From the NCBI GenBank assembly GCA_963717935.1, contig CAVQXP010000004.1, positions 736,001 through 800,000 of the forward strand: DNA of 64,000 nucleotides, in the 5' to 3' direction. The notes under the pieces were generated by a model. The model was not told the origin of the DNA. It worked only from the letters and a program-made list of their open reading frames with translations, and ran no database searches. How positions within the stretch are numbered: the first letter of the stretch is position 1; each line of letters begins with the position of its first letter. Source of the DNA: Candidatus Eiseniibacteriota bacterium. GTDB lineage: Bacteria > Eisenbacteria > RBG-16-71-46. Made by a program: the position numbers and the translations under genes. Positions 44,388 through 54,030 of the stretch are shown one piece after another.

Positions 44388-45877
44388 TGAGCACCGGCCA
44401 GACGACCACATCCGGATCGGGGACGGCGCCCTGCATCCTGCTGGTGGACGACGACCGTCGCATCCTCGAGTTGCTGGAGATCGCCTTCACCGCCCACGGC
44501 TTTCGGGTGCTCACCGCACCGGATGGCGACGCCGCCATGAAGTGCGCGCTGACCGAGCATCCCGACCTTGTCGTGCTCGATGTGCGCCTGCCCAAGAAGA
44601 GCGGGCTCGAGGTCTGCGAGTGGCTGCGCCGGGATCCCGACGACCCGGGCGTGCCGGTCGTCATGGTCTCCGCCGTCGTGGACATGGAGACCCGGCTGCA
44701 GGCGTTCACGCGCGGCGCCGACGACTACCTGACCAAGCCGTTCTCCCCGAAGGAGCTGATCGCGCGGGTCAAGCGCCTGCTGGCGCGCTCGGTCGAGGCG
44801 CGCGAGGCCTGCGCGCGCCGGCACGAGCTCGAGCGCGAGCTGGTGCACGCGCGCAAGGTGGCCGAGCGCTCCCACGCCGCGACCCAGCGCGAGCAGCGCC
44901 TGCGCGACTTCGAGCTCGGCCCGGGTCTCGACCTGCTGGGCGCGGGCGACGAGGACGAGCTGGCCCGCCGGTTGCTGCCCCTGCTTCGCTCCCGGCTGGG
45001 CTCGGCCATGGTGGGGCTGCTGCTGCCCGAGAGCGACGGTGGGGCGCTGATGCCCGCGGCGGTGCGCGGCGATGGACCGGAGCGTCTCGCGAGGCTGGCG
45101 CTGCCGCAGACGGGCGCGCTGGCCGTGTTGCTCGCGGGGCTCGAGCGGCCCGTCCTGCGGCGCGACCTGGAGCGCTTTCCCGATCTGGCCACGGAGGTGG
45201 CGCCGTTCGTGGCCGAGGGCGTGGCGCTGCTCGTGCCGCTGCGCGGCCCCGGCGGACTCGAAGGGCTGCTGGTGCTGGACGAGCGCCGCGACGGACTCCC
45301 GTTCCCGCCGTCCGAACTCGAGGCCCTGGCGAGCCTCGCGCGTTTCGCGGGCGTGGCGCTGCACGAGGTGCGGCGCGTGCGCTCGCTCGCGGAGCGGGCA
45401 CTCATGGAGCTCGCGCGGCGCGAGGCTTCGGATGATGACGGCCGCCGTGCGCGTAGCGAGGCGGGTTTCCTGGTGGAGCACGCGGCTCAGGCGGCGCTGG
45501 TGCCGCCGCGTCAGCGACGGCTGCTGGCGCACGCCATCCGGCTCGGACGGGATGCGGCGACGGGCGGCGGGGCGGAGGCGCTCGCGCGGCTGGCCGCGGA
45601 CGACCCGACCGGGCTCGCGCGCGACCTCGTGGCGCTCTTCGCGCGGGTGGACGCGGTGGCCGGAGATGGAGACGGTGATCCCGCGACCGGGGACGGGCGA
45701 GTGGCCGTGCTGCTCGCGGTGGCGCTGTCGCACGCCGAGGAACGCGAGCGCGGCGCGGACACGCGATCCGCGCTGTCGCGGGCGCTCGCGGCGGCGGGCG
45801 GGCGGCTCGACCCGGTCACGTGCCAGGCGCTCGAAGCCGCCACGCACGAGCTGGCGCTGGTGATCGAGGCGGCGTAG
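44387..45877 (+). CDS. Response regulator: REC, GAF-like and degenerate HD-GYP-like C-terminus
   Basis: LLVDDD, LDVRLP and GADDYLTKPF; LLVPL..GLLVL..R.DG.PF..SELEAL (GAF); AGGRLDPVTCQAL resembles AGTQFDP.VV.A; TGATG overlap. Confidence 0.8.
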   Translation: MSTGQTTTSGSGTAPCILLVDDDRRILELLEIAFTAHGFRVLTAPDGDAAMKCALTEHPDLVVLDVRLPKKSGLEVCEWLRRDPDDPGVPVVMVSAVVDMETRLQAFTRGADDYLTKPFSPKELIARVKRLLARSVEAREACARRHELERELVHARKVAERSHAATQREQRLRDFELGPGLDLLGAGDEDELARRLLPLLRSRLGSAMVGLLLPESDGGALMPAAVRGDGPERLARLALPQTGALAVLLAGLERPVLRRDLERFPDLATEVAPFVAEGVALLVPLRGPGGLEGLLVLDERRDGLPFPPSELEALASLARFAGVALHEVRRVRSLAERALMELARREASDDDGRRARSEAGFLVEHAAQAALVPPRQRRLLAHAIRLGRDAATGGGAEALARLAADDPTGLARDLVALFARVDAVAGDGDGDPATGDGRVAVLLAVALSHAEERERGADTRSALSRALAAAGGRLDPVTCQALEAATHELALVIEAA

Positions 45878-46105
45878 CGCGCGTCTGCCGCCCCCCAACG
45901 CCGCTGCCCGCCCGGCGCGAAAGCCGTCGGCACCCGCCGAGCACGGACGCAGGCCGCAGGGCCCCGGTCTTCGGGCGGGAAGCCGGGTCGATCACCTCGC
46001 CGCGGAGGTTGGCCGGGCCCCAGCCGCCGGTGAGCACGCGGCCTGGTCGTGAGGTCCTCGACCCCGGGCGAGCGGGAGGCGCCAGAGTCGAGTGTGCACG
46101 TCGCG

Positions 46106-47764
46106 TCACCTGGCAGGTGCGCTCCAGGGCGGGATGAGCGGCGTGCCCGAGATCGCGAGCCGTCCTGCCGCCGTGGACCCGACGCGCAGGAACGCGATGA
46201 GCGGGAAGGCCCGGCCGGACGCACCGAGCAGGGCGGCCACGCTCGGGTGCGCGGACTCCTCGCTCGTCACGCTCACCGGGAACCCGTAAGGCTGGTATCG
46301 GGCGTGGAACTCGGGGGAGAGCAGGAGCTCGAAGTCGGTCAGGAACCACGCTCGTGGGTCACCGCCCAGGAAGCCCTCGGCCGGCCCGAGGATGATCACG
46401 TCGGGCGCGCGCCGCAGCACGTAGGCCCCGTCCCCCTTCATATGACCCGGCACTGCCTGCGAGCCCGTCTGGATCCGGTCGATCCTGCGGCTGGCGATCT
46501 CGCGATCGTTCAGGCCGAGCAGGTCGAGGAAGCACAGGGAGGGTGCGAAGTAGGGCGTCGAGCCGGCGGTCGCGGTCGCGACCAGGGCGCCGGCCGGGAG
46601 GTGCGCCTCCAGGTAGCGCCCCACGGGCGCGCCGACGGCCAGGGCGGGATCGCGCACCGGCGTCGTCGCGAAAGTCGCGGCCACCTGCCACGCCACTCCC
46701 GCACAGACGAGCAGCGTCGCGGCCAGGGAGCGGAGGCCGGCCGGCCGGTCGTGAATCGCCACGGCGAAGGCCGTGAGCACGATCGCCGGGACGACCAGGC
46801 GCGCGGCGAGCATGTGATCGCCACCGCCGAGGAAGAGCGAGATCCAGACCGGGAGCGCCAGCGCGAAGACCCACAGCGAGCGGGCCGATGCCGTGATGGC
46901 GAGGGCGAGCGCGGCAGCGGCGAAGCCCGGGAGCCAGCTCGTCCACTGCTGGGACAGGTAGTAGACAGCGGATCGCAGTTGCCAGCCGAGAGGCAATCCG
47001 CCGATCTTCATGCGGGCCGAATTCGACAGGAAGTCGCCGAAGTAGGCCAGGCGGAACGCCTCGTACGCCACCAGCGGCACGAGGAAGAACGCGGCCGCCG
47101 CCAGCGCCGCCCGTGGACGCTTCGCCCGCGAGATCCAGAGAAGCGCGATGAGGCCGGTGGCGGCGCACTCCGGCCGCGTGAGCGCGGCGGCCGCGAGCGC
47201 CGCGCCGGCGAGCGCCGCCGTGCGCGTCGCCCGGGTGTCCGCCGTCTGGGCGCGCTCCCGCGCCAGGAGGGTCAGCCAGGCCGCGGCCGTCATCCAGAAG
47301 CAGATGCTCGCCATCTCGAGTCCGCCCCTCGCCCAGAGCACGAATCCCGGCTGGGTCGCCACGAGCAGGAGGGCCGTGGGCCGCGCTCTTGCCCGCCACC
47401 AGAGCACGAAGAGCACCGCCACGTAGGTCAGGCCGAGCGCCCGCGCGGCGGACACCGGGTCCGCACCGAGGCCGTGGAGTAGCGCGAGCTGGCCCAGCCA
47501 CAGCGGATGCGTGAAGCCCTCGACGTGCTCGCCGTCGCTCCAGGTCAGGCCGAGTCCGGAGCCCAGCCGGTGGACGTAGCGCAGGGTGATGAACGCGTCG
47601 TCGTGGCAGAAGGCCCGGACATGGTAGAGGCCGGCGGCAGCCAGGAACACGGCGGCCAGGAAGAGTGCCGGGCCCACCCACCGCGCCCGCAGGCGTGCCG
47701 GTCCGCGTCCCCTAGGGCTCACACCCCTGCGGCCGCGTCCGGGCGAGCGACTCGGCCTCTTCAC
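46106..47764 (-). CDS. Polytopic membrane glycosyltransferase (GT-C-like; start uncertain)
   Basis: DDAFITLRY, GEHVEGFTHPLW, GGLE, LTRPE, FRLAYFGDFLSN, GGDHM..RL and DLLGLND; about 10 hydrophobic segments. Confidence 0.75.
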   Translation of the reverse strand: MKRPSRSPGRGRRGVSPRGRGPARLRARWVGPALFLAAVFLAAAGLYHVRAFCHDDAFITLRYVHRLGSGLGLTWSDGEHVEGFTHPLWLGQLALLHGLGADPVSAARALGLTYVAVLFVLWWRARARPTALLLVATQPGFVLWARGGLEMASICFWMTAAAWLTLLARERAQTADTRATRTAALAGAALAAAALTRPECAATGLIALLWISRAKRPRAALAAAAFFLVPLVAYEAFRLAYFGDFLSNSARMKIGGLPLGWQLRSAVYYLSQQWTSWLPGFAAAALALAITASARSLWVFALALPVWISLFLGGGDHMLAARLVVPAIVLTAFAVAIHDRPAGLRSLAATLLVCAGVAWQVAATFATTPVRDPALAVGAPVGRYLEAHLPAGALVATATAGSTPYFAPSLCFLDLLGLNDREIASRRIDRIQTGSQAVPGHMKGDGAYVLRRAPDVIILGPAEGFLGGDPRAWFLTDFELLLSPEFHARYQPYGFPVSVTSEESAHPSVAALLGASGRAFPLIAFLRVGSTAAGRLAISGTPLIPPWSAPAR

Positions 47765-47818
47765 CCCGGCGGCTCCGAGCGCCCCACCCGCGGGCAGCGG
47801 CTCAGCGCGCCCACGCGC

Positions 47819-48430
47819 TCACCTCGGCTGTGCCGGCGGGGTCGCGGGCACCTGCCTGATCCCGCTGAAGTCCAGCTTCGGGGTCTCCTTCGCCTCGTCC
47901 GGCACCGGGTAGTACGGCTCCTCCTTGAATCCCAGCGCGCCCGCGTAGAGGTTGGTCGGGAAGCGCTTCACCATGATGTTGAAGCCTCTCACCACCTCGT
48001 TGTATCGCATGCGCGCGACCGCGAGCCGGTTCTCGATGCCGCTGATCTCGTCCATCAGGCTCAGGAACGCCTCGTTGCTCCTGAGCTGCGGGTAGTTCTC
48101 CACCACGACCAGCAGCCGCGCGAGCGCCGAGGTCGTCGCCTGGTCGGCGGCGATCCCCTCCTGGGGGGTGCGGGCGCCGCCCAGCGCGGCCCGTGCCTTC
48201 GCGATGTCGCCGAAGACCTGCTGTTCCTGCAGCGCGGTCCCCTTCACGGCCTCGGCCAGGTTGCCGAGCTTCGAACTGCGGGCCTGGAGCTGATTGCTCA
48301 CCTCGGCCCAGCCATTCTTCACCCCCTCGCGCGCCGTCACGAGGTTGTTGTAGCTCCCGAACAGGCGGCCCGCGATCATGAGGATCACGAGCGCCACGAC
48401 CGCAAGGACGACCAGGCCACCGCGCTTCAT
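47819..48430 (-). CDS. lemA: LemA family protein
   Basis: N-terminal TM, YNNLV, VVVENYPQLRSN..F and ENRLAVAR.RYN..V..FN...FP.N; RBS AAGGAG. Confidence 0.95.
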   Translation of the reverse strand: MKRGGLVVLAVVALVILMIAGRLFGSYNNLVTAREGVKNGWAEVSNQLQARSSKLGNLAEAVKGTALQEQQVFGDIAKARAALGGARTPQEGIAADQATTSALARLLVVVENYPQLRSNEAFLSLMDEISGIENRLAVARMRYNEVVRGFNIMVKRFPTNLYAGALGFKEEPYYPVPDEAKETPKLDFSGIRQVPATPPAQPR

Positions 48431-48484
48431 GCAGACGCTCCTTTCGTCTCGGTCACGTCCGGCGTCGGGCCGGACGATCGCAGA

Positions 48485-49384
48485 CTACCATCCGCCGCTG
48501 CCACCGCCTCCGCCGCTCCCGAATCCCCCGCCGCCAGTGAAACCGCCGAAGCCGCCACCACCGCCTCCGCCTCCGCCCGAGCCGCCTCCGCCCCAGCCGC
48601 CGCTTCCACCCCAGCCACCGAACGAACCGGGGCCCACCCACCAGGCGCCGCCGCGCCGTCCGCGCCGTCCGCCGCCGAGCACCTGCGGGAGCAGCCCGAA
48701 CAGGATCATCGCCACGACGAAGACCACGAGCGCCAGCGGGAACTCCCCGCCGCCCCGGCGTTCGCGCGAGTAGCGCAGCTCGCGCCCGTCCCACTCGAGC
48801 GTCACGCCGCGATCCTTCGCGAGGATGCCCGAGACCCGGAGCGTGGCGGCGGTGATGCCGCCCGCGAAGTCGCCGGTCCGGAAGCGCGGCGTCATCTCGG
48901 TGCGGATGATGCGCGCCTCGAGCGCGTCGGGCAGGATCCCCTCGAGTTCGTAGCCGGTCTCGAAGGCGACCCTGCGCTCCTCGATCGCCACCAGCAACAG
49001 CAGGCTCGTGGGGTTGCCCTGGAACCAGCGCCGGTAGGCCTCGGTCTTGTACTGGATCGGATCGAGGGGGGCGGTGGTCCGGAGCGTGAGCACCGCGAAC
49101 TGCACGCCCGTCTTCCGCTTCACCTGGTCGAGGAAGGCCTCGAGCCGCGCGCGAGCGGGCTCGGGCATCACCCCCGCCCGGTCGTTGACGAAACCGGCGG
49201 GTGCGGGGTAGCCCGTGTCGGCGGGGGCCGCAGGCGGTGCTTCGGCGGCGGGTGCCGGCCGCGCGTGCGAGACCGGGGCGCTGTCGGGGCGTGCCGGGAC
49301 GCCCGCGGCCCCGACACCTGCCGGCGCCAGAAGGAGCGCCGCGGCCAGGAGCAGGACGCGGGCGCCGGAGCCGATGGTGCTCAG
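48485..49384 (-). CDS. TPM domain protein (YgcG-like) with Gly-rich tail
   Basis: GFVNDRAGVM, TGVQFAVLT, ETGYELEGILPD, one TM helix and GGGFGSGGGGGSGGW; the only plausible start is CTG overlapping the upstream TGA. Confidence 0.9.
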   Translation of the reverse strand: MSTIGSGARVLLLAAALLLAPAGVGAAGVPARPDSAPVSHARPAPAAEAPPAAPADTGYPAPAGFVNDRAGVMPEPARARLEAFLDQVKRKTGVQFAVLTLRTTAPLDPIQYKTEAYRRWFQGNPTSLLLLVAIEERRVAFETGYELEGILPDALEARIIRTEMTPRFRTGDFAGGITAATLRVSGILAKDRGVTLEWDGRELRYSRERRGGGEFPLALVVFVVAMILFGLLPQVLGGGRRGRRGGAWWVGPGSFGGWGGSGGWGGGGSGGGGGGGGGFGGFTGGGGFGSGGGGGSGGW

Positions 49385-50133
49385 AGGCTCATCTCGTCGA
49401 GCGCGCCGATCAGGCGCTCCACCTCCGTCAGGAACCGGTGGTAGAGCACGAGCACCTCGTCCGCCTTGTAACGCCGCGTCGAGTAGCGGAACAGGTGGGC
49501 CGAGAGCAGGCTCTGCGCGTCGAGCTGGTAGAGATCGGCCACGCGCTGGATGATGCGGGCGGGTTCGACGGGCAGCGGCTCGCCGCGCAGCCGCAGCAGC
49601 GTGCGGAAGAGCGTGGCGAAGCCGCTCGCGCTCGCCCGCAGCATGCGCGCCAGCACCGCCCCGTCGGAGCGGTGGAGCAGGTAGGTCTGGCGCAGCTGGA
49701 TGTGCTTGCCGCGCAGCTCGTGCTCGCACTGCAGGCGCAGGTAGGTACGGGGCACCTGCAACCCGGTCAGGACGTCGTCGCCCTCGAGTCGCAGGTGGCG
49801 CTCCTGGATCTCGAGCCACTCGATAGGGAAGGAGTCGAGCGAACCTTCGATCTGGCTGCGGCTGAGGAAGAGGGGCTCGATGAGCGGCGGTTTGCGCTGG
49901 GCCGGCAGGGACTTCGCCACCGCGTCCAGCCGCGGACCGTCGAGCGAGCGCACCACGATCAGCACGTTGACGTGCGAGTGTTTCGGGTCGAAGCCCTGCG
50001 TGAGCACGCTGCCCGTGAGGTAGCCCGCGACGAACTCCGGTCCGACCGCGGCCCGCACCGGGGCAAGCCACTTGCGCGCGAGTTCCACGATCTCGGCCGG
50101 GGGCTCGAAGAAGGAATCGCCTGGAGCGTGCAT
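49381..50133 (-). CDS. Nucleotidyltransferase-like protein of the lemA/TPM cluster
   Basis: YLTGSV..GFDPKHSHVNVLIV, SLDSFPIEWLEI and LRLQCEHELRGK...LRQ. Confidence 0.75.
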   Translation of the reverse strand: MHAPGDSFFEPPAEIVELARKWLAPVRAAVGPEFVAGYLTGSVLTQGFDPKHSHVNVLIVVRSLDGPRLDAVAKSLPAQRKPPLIEPLFLSRSQIEGSLDSFPIEWLEIQERHLRLEGDDVLTGLQVPRTYLRLQCEHELRGKHIQLRQTYLLHRSDGAVLARMLRASASGFATLFRTLLRLRGEPLPVEPARIIQRVADLYQLDAQSLLSAHLFRYSTRRYKADEVLVLYHRFLTEVERLIGALDEMSL

Positions 50134-50140
50134 GACGGTG

Positions 50141-50169
50141 ACGCTAGCCCCCGCAGGGAGGGGGGTCAA
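50141..50169 (-). promoter_or_regulatory. sigma70 promoter, probably giving a leaderless mRNA
   Basis: TTGACC-17 nt-TAGCGT-7 nt-ATG (50133). Confidence 0.65.
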
Positions 50170-50201
50170 GCGCCGCGCGGCGCACGGACGTCGTCCACCG
50201 G

Positions 50202-50274
50202 CGCGGGGTCCGGAGGTGGCGGTGGGCGAGCGCATGGTGCCTCTGCTCGCCCACCGCCACCTCCGGACCCCGCG
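50202..50274. repeat. Perfect 30-bp inverted repeat with 13-nt spacer
   Basis: CGCGGGGTCCGGAGGTGGCGGTGGGCGAGC (50202-50231) and its exact reverse complement (50245-50274). Confidence 0.95.
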
Positions 50275-50329
50275 TTCACGTGCGGGTGCCGCTTGACCCC
50301 CGCTCTTGACAGCGCCTACGGTCAGCGCC

Positions 50330-51373
50330 ATGGAGGACGCGCGCAACTGCGTGCGCCGTTCCAGGTTCCGCGCACGGCCTTCGGGAGGCGGGTTGCACGA
50401 GGTCCTGATCATCGGCGGTGGCCCGGCCGGGCTCACCGCGGGCATGTACTGCCGGATGCGCAAGCTCTCCGTGCTGGTGGTGGACGCCGGCCGCGTGGGC
50501 GGACAACTCGTCTCGGTCTACGCGGACAAGCCGGTGCACGACTGGCCGGGGCACGCGGAGGTCGTCGCCGACGATCTGGCCGGCCAGCTGGTCGCGCATG
50601 CGCGCGAGCTGGATGTCCAGTTCGCGGAGAACGAGAAGGTCGTGGACGTCCGCCGCCTCGAGGACCGCTTCGAGGTGGTCATCCGCGACGCGCTGACCCA
50701 CGAGGAGCGCGTCCGTCCCGCGGCTTCGGTGATCGTCGCGATCGGCGGGGGTGCCTTCGAGCCGCGCCGCCTCCAGGTCCCGGGCGAGGAGGCGCTGTCG
50801 GAGGACTCCATCACCTACCGGATGCCCGAGCCCGCGAAGGTGGCCGGGCGCACGGTCGTGGTCGTGGGCGGAGGCGATTCCGGGCTCGAGAGCGCCCAGG
50901 CCGCTCACCGCGCCGGGGCGAGCGTGACGATCATCCACACGCATGCCGGCTTCAAGGGCATGGAAGTCAACCTCGACGCCGTCAACCAGATGCGCATCCC
51001 GCGCCTGCTCGACACGGAGGTGAAGGAATTGATGGTCGAGGACGGAGCGCTCCGGGCCCTGATCGTCGAGACCCGCGGCGAGCCCAAACCCCGGCGGCTC
51101 GACTGCGACTACCTGGTCGTGAACGTCGGCGCCGCCGTGAACCTCGAGGCCGTGCAGGGCTGGGGCGTGGAGGTCGAGGACACCCACATCAAGGTGGACG
51201 GCAGCATGCAGACCTCGGTGCCCGGGATCTTCGCCTGCGGCGACATCGTGACCTACGCGGGCAAGTACAGGCTGCTCATCACCGCATCGAGCGAGGGCGC
51301 CGTGGCCGCGAACTCGGCGTACGCCTTCGTGCGCAAGCCCCGGCGCGTGACGATGAAGGACCTCTACCGTTGA
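50330..51373 (+). CDS. Thioredoxin-reductase-like flavoprotein lacking CxxC (ferredoxin-NADP+ reductase, YumC-like)
   Basis: IIGGGPAGL, GGQLVSVYADKPVHDWPG, VVGGGDSG and TSVPGIFACGDIVTYAGK..LI; no CxxC. Confidence 0.85.
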   Translation: MEDARNCVRRSRFRARPSGGGLHEVLIIGGGPAGLTAGMYCRMRKLSVLVVDAGRVGGQLVSVYADKPVHDWPGHAEVVADDLAGQLVAHARELDVQFAENEKVVDVRRLEDRFEVVIRDALTHEERVRPAASVIVAIGGGAFEPRRLQVPGEEALSEDSITYRMPEPAKVAGRTVVVVGGGDSGLESAQAAHRAGASVTIIHTHAGFKGMEVNLDAVNQMRIPRLLDTEVKELMVEDGALRALIVETRGEPKPRRLDCDYLVVNVGAAVNLEAVQGWGVEVEDTHIKVDGSMQTSVPGIFACGDIVTYAGKYRLLITASSEGAVAANSAYAFVRKPRRVTMKDLYR

Positions 51374-51395
51374 GGCCGGACCGGGGGCGGGAGCC

Positions 51396-51893
51396 ATGAC
51401 CACGGCGGACGGCGCGGGACTCACGATCCGCCGGCTCGGTGGCTGCAGCGAAGCGGAGGCCTGCGCGCGGATGATGGCGGCGAGCGAGCCGTGGATCACG
51501 TTGCGGCGCGACGTTGACGCGGCACTCGCCATCCTCACCGACCCGGGACGCGAGTCCTACGTCGCGCTCCTCGAGGGCGAGCTCGTGGGCTTCATCATCC
51601 TGGTCATGCACGGCGCGTTCGTCGGGTACGTCCAGTCGATCTGCGTCGCGCCCGGGCGTCGGGGCCAGGGCCTCGGCCGCCGGCTCATGGCCTTCGCCGA
51701 GGAGCGCATCTTCCGCGAGACGCCCAACGTGTTCCTCAACGTCGCCTCGTTCAACCCGGAGGCGCAGCGGCTCTACGAGCGCCTCGGCTACGAGGTCGTC
51801 GGGGAGTTGCGGGACTACATCGTGCCGGGGCACTCCGAGATCCTGATGCGCAAGAGCACGGGGCCGCTTTGCGAAGGTCCGACGCGGCTCTAG
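51396..51893 (+). CDS. GNAT family N-acetyltransferase
   Basis: ICVAPGRRGQGLGRRLM and FN..AQRLYERLGY. Confidence 0.9.
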   Translation: MTTADGAGLTIRRLGGCSEAEACARMMAASEPWITLRRDVDAALAILTDPGRESYVALLEGELVGFIILVMHGAFVGYVQSICVAPGRRGQGLGRRLMAFAEERIFRETPNVFLNVASFNPEAQRLYERLGYEVVGELRDYIVPGHSEILMRKSTGPLCEGPTRL

Positions 51894-52184
51894 CGCTCCA
51901 CGTACAGCTCGCGTCCTCACTCCGGCCTGCGCGATGCCCGCGCTTCGACAGGTTCTGGAATAGGTTCTAGACTGCTCCTGAGAAGCTGAGGGTGAGGAAA
52001 CGCGATCGGCGCAGGGGCGCCGGTGCCCCGCAGCGGGTGGCTCGCATGCGCAGGATGCGTCGCAGCGTGGAGCGGCCAAGCCGGGCATCCGCCGAAGGCG
52101 GACGCCCATGATCGAATACTCAGACACAGCCCGGTCTGGCCGCACGGTCGCGAGGGACTCGGCGGCGGACTGCAGGCAGGCGGG

Positions 52185-52928
52185 ATGCCCATGGCCGTAG
52201 CGATTCCGTGCCAGACCCCGGGGATCCATCCGGGCATGCTCGCCTGGCGGGCGGAGGTGCGGCTCGACCCCCTGCGGTTCCTCTTCGCCACGCTCGAAGA
52301 GCAGGCCTGGCACCTGCCCAGCGCCCGCGCGGGCGGCGGTCCTTTCGTCCCCGACGCGCAGCCGCTCGAGACGGATCACGACCGCGACCTGCTGCCCTCC
52401 GTGCTGCGCGAGTACCCGCACGGGACCCGATGGTTCGCCAGGCTGGTGACACGTCACTGGCCACGGACCTGGGCCATCTGCCAGGCGGTGCTCCTGAACG
52501 GCGACGACGCGGACGACGCGACGCAGGAAGCCTTCCTCAAGGCTCATCGCCATCTTCGCAGCTTCCGCTTCGAGTGCTCCTTCGGCACCTGGCTGGCGCG
52601 CATCGCCCGCACCTCTGCCCTGGACACCCTGGCCGCCCGCCGCCGTGAAGCCACAGCGCGGGCCACGGTCGCGCAGGATCCGGGCCTGCGCCTGCTCTGG
52701 AGTCCCTGGCGCTCGCCGGTCCCGGCGAGCGCCGATGCCCCGCTGCGCCGCGCGCTGACGCGTCTGGCGCCAGCCGACCGCCTGATTCTGGTGCTCCACG
52801 ACGTCGAGGGCATGGAGTACGAAGAGGTGGCGGACGCGATCGAGATCGCCCCGGCCGCGGCGCGCATGAGGGTGTCGCGGGCACGGGCGCGGTTGCGTCG
52901 GATCCTGGATCGCGAGGTGGCCCCGTGA
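52185..52928 (+). CDS. ECF RNA polymerase sigma factor (start uncertain)
   Basis: DADDATQEAFLKA, FGTWLARIA (region 2) and LHDVEGMEYEEVA...RMRVSRARARLR (region 4). Confidence 0.85.
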   Translation: MPMAVAIPCQTPGIHPGMLAWRAEVRLDPLRFLFATLEEQAWHLPSARAGGGPFVPDAQPLETDHDRDLLPSVLREYPHGTRWFARLVTRHWPRTWAICQAVLLNGDDADDATQEAFLKAHRHLRSFRFECSFGTWLARIARTSALDTLAARRREATARATVAQDPGLRLLWSPWRSPVPASADAPLRRALTRLAPADRLILVLHDVEGMEYEEVADAIEIAPAAARMRVSRARARLRRILDREVAP

Positions 52929-53200
52929 CCAGGAGGGAGGAGGGACCGGGAGGGGCCGGCAGGGGGCTCGAGCCACGTGAGGTGGAGACGCTGCGCGGAA
53001 TGCTGGGGAAGCCCGGTGCGCCGCGGATCAGGCAGGCTGTGGAGGAGATCGAGCGCCAGGTGGCGACAGACGACATGATCGTCCTCATGATGGCGGGTTT
53101 GTCGGGCGCGGCGCGCGTGTTCTTCGACGTTCTGGCACAGATCGGCGCAGAGCGGGACGCTCCATCGTCCCGCCGGCGCCGGGAAGGAGATGAACCATGA
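52925..53200 (+). CDS. Small hypothetical protein coupled to the ECF sigma gene
   Basis: GTGA overlap upstream and ATGA overlap downstream; RBS GAGGT. Confidence 0.65.
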   Translation: MTRREEGPGGAGRGLEPREVETLRGMLGKPGAPRIRQAVEEIERQVATDDMIVLMMAGLSGAARVFFDVLAQIGAERDAPSSRRRREGDEP

Positions 53201-54030
53201 GCGACTGGACCGAGTTCCTCCGGCACGGCTTCGAGAGCCTGCTGGCGCAATCGGCGACCCTCCTGCCGCGTTTGCTGGTCGCCGTCCTGCTCGTGCTGCT
53301 GGGCATCGTCCTGGCCTTCGCGGTCCAGGCCCTGGTGAGGGGGCTCCTGCGGCGCGCCGGCCTGGACCGGCTGGCCGAGCAGACCGGGGTGGGGCAGTTC
53401 CTGCAAGGGTTGGGCTACGAGAACCCGGCCTCCCACCTGGCGGCCTTCGCGGTGTTCTGGGCGGTCTTCGCGGTCTTCCTCCTCTCGAGCGCCGACGCTT
53501 TCGGCCTGGCGGGCGTTTCGTCGCTGATCGCCGGACTGATCGTCCGACTGCCGGCCCTCGCCCTGGCCGCCCTGCTCATCCTGGTGGGTTTCGCCTTCGC
53601 GCGCAGGGCGCGCCACCTGGTCGAGGAACTGGCCGACCGGTCGCGGCTTCTCTCGGCGCGTCCGCTGGGGGCGGCCGCCTATTACCTCGTGGCGGCGCTC
53701 AGCATCGTCATCGCCCTGGGCGGGCTCGGAATCGACTTCGCGATCGTGAACGGGGTGGTGATCGTCATCCTGGCGTCGGTGGGCTTCGGGCTGGCCCTCA
53801 GCGTCGGCCTCGGATCCCGTGATGTCGCCCGGAACACGATCGACGGCATCTACGCCCGGCGCCAGGTCCGCACCGGCGATCGCATCCGAGTGGGCGACGT
53901 GCAGGGAGAGGTGACCGCGGCGGGCGACGTGTCCGTCACGCTCAGTGACGGCGGGAAGAGCTGGCTCGTGCCCTACGAGCGCCTCCTGAGTTCGGTCGTC
54001 GAAATCGTCGAGCGCTCCTCCGAGGACTGA
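53197..54030 (+). CDS. Small-conductance mechanosensitive channel / CmpX-like membrane protein
   Basis: Repeated LP.L..A.L....G TM motif, GLALSVGLGSRDVARN..GIY and GDRIRVGDVQGEV. Confidence 0.85.
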   Translation: MSDWTEFLRHGFESLLAQSATLLPRLLVAVLLVLLGIVLAFAVQALVRGLLRRAGLDRLAEQTGVGQFLQGLGYENPASHLAAFAVFWAVFAVFLLSSADAFGLAGVSSLIAGLIVRLPALALAALLILVGFAFARRARHLVEELADRSRLLSARPLGAAAYYLVAALSIVIALGGLGIDFAIVNGVVIVILASVGFGLALSVGLGSRDVARNTIDGIYARRQVRTGDRIRVGDVQGEVTAAGDVSVTLSDGGKSWLVPYERLLSSVVEIVERSSED

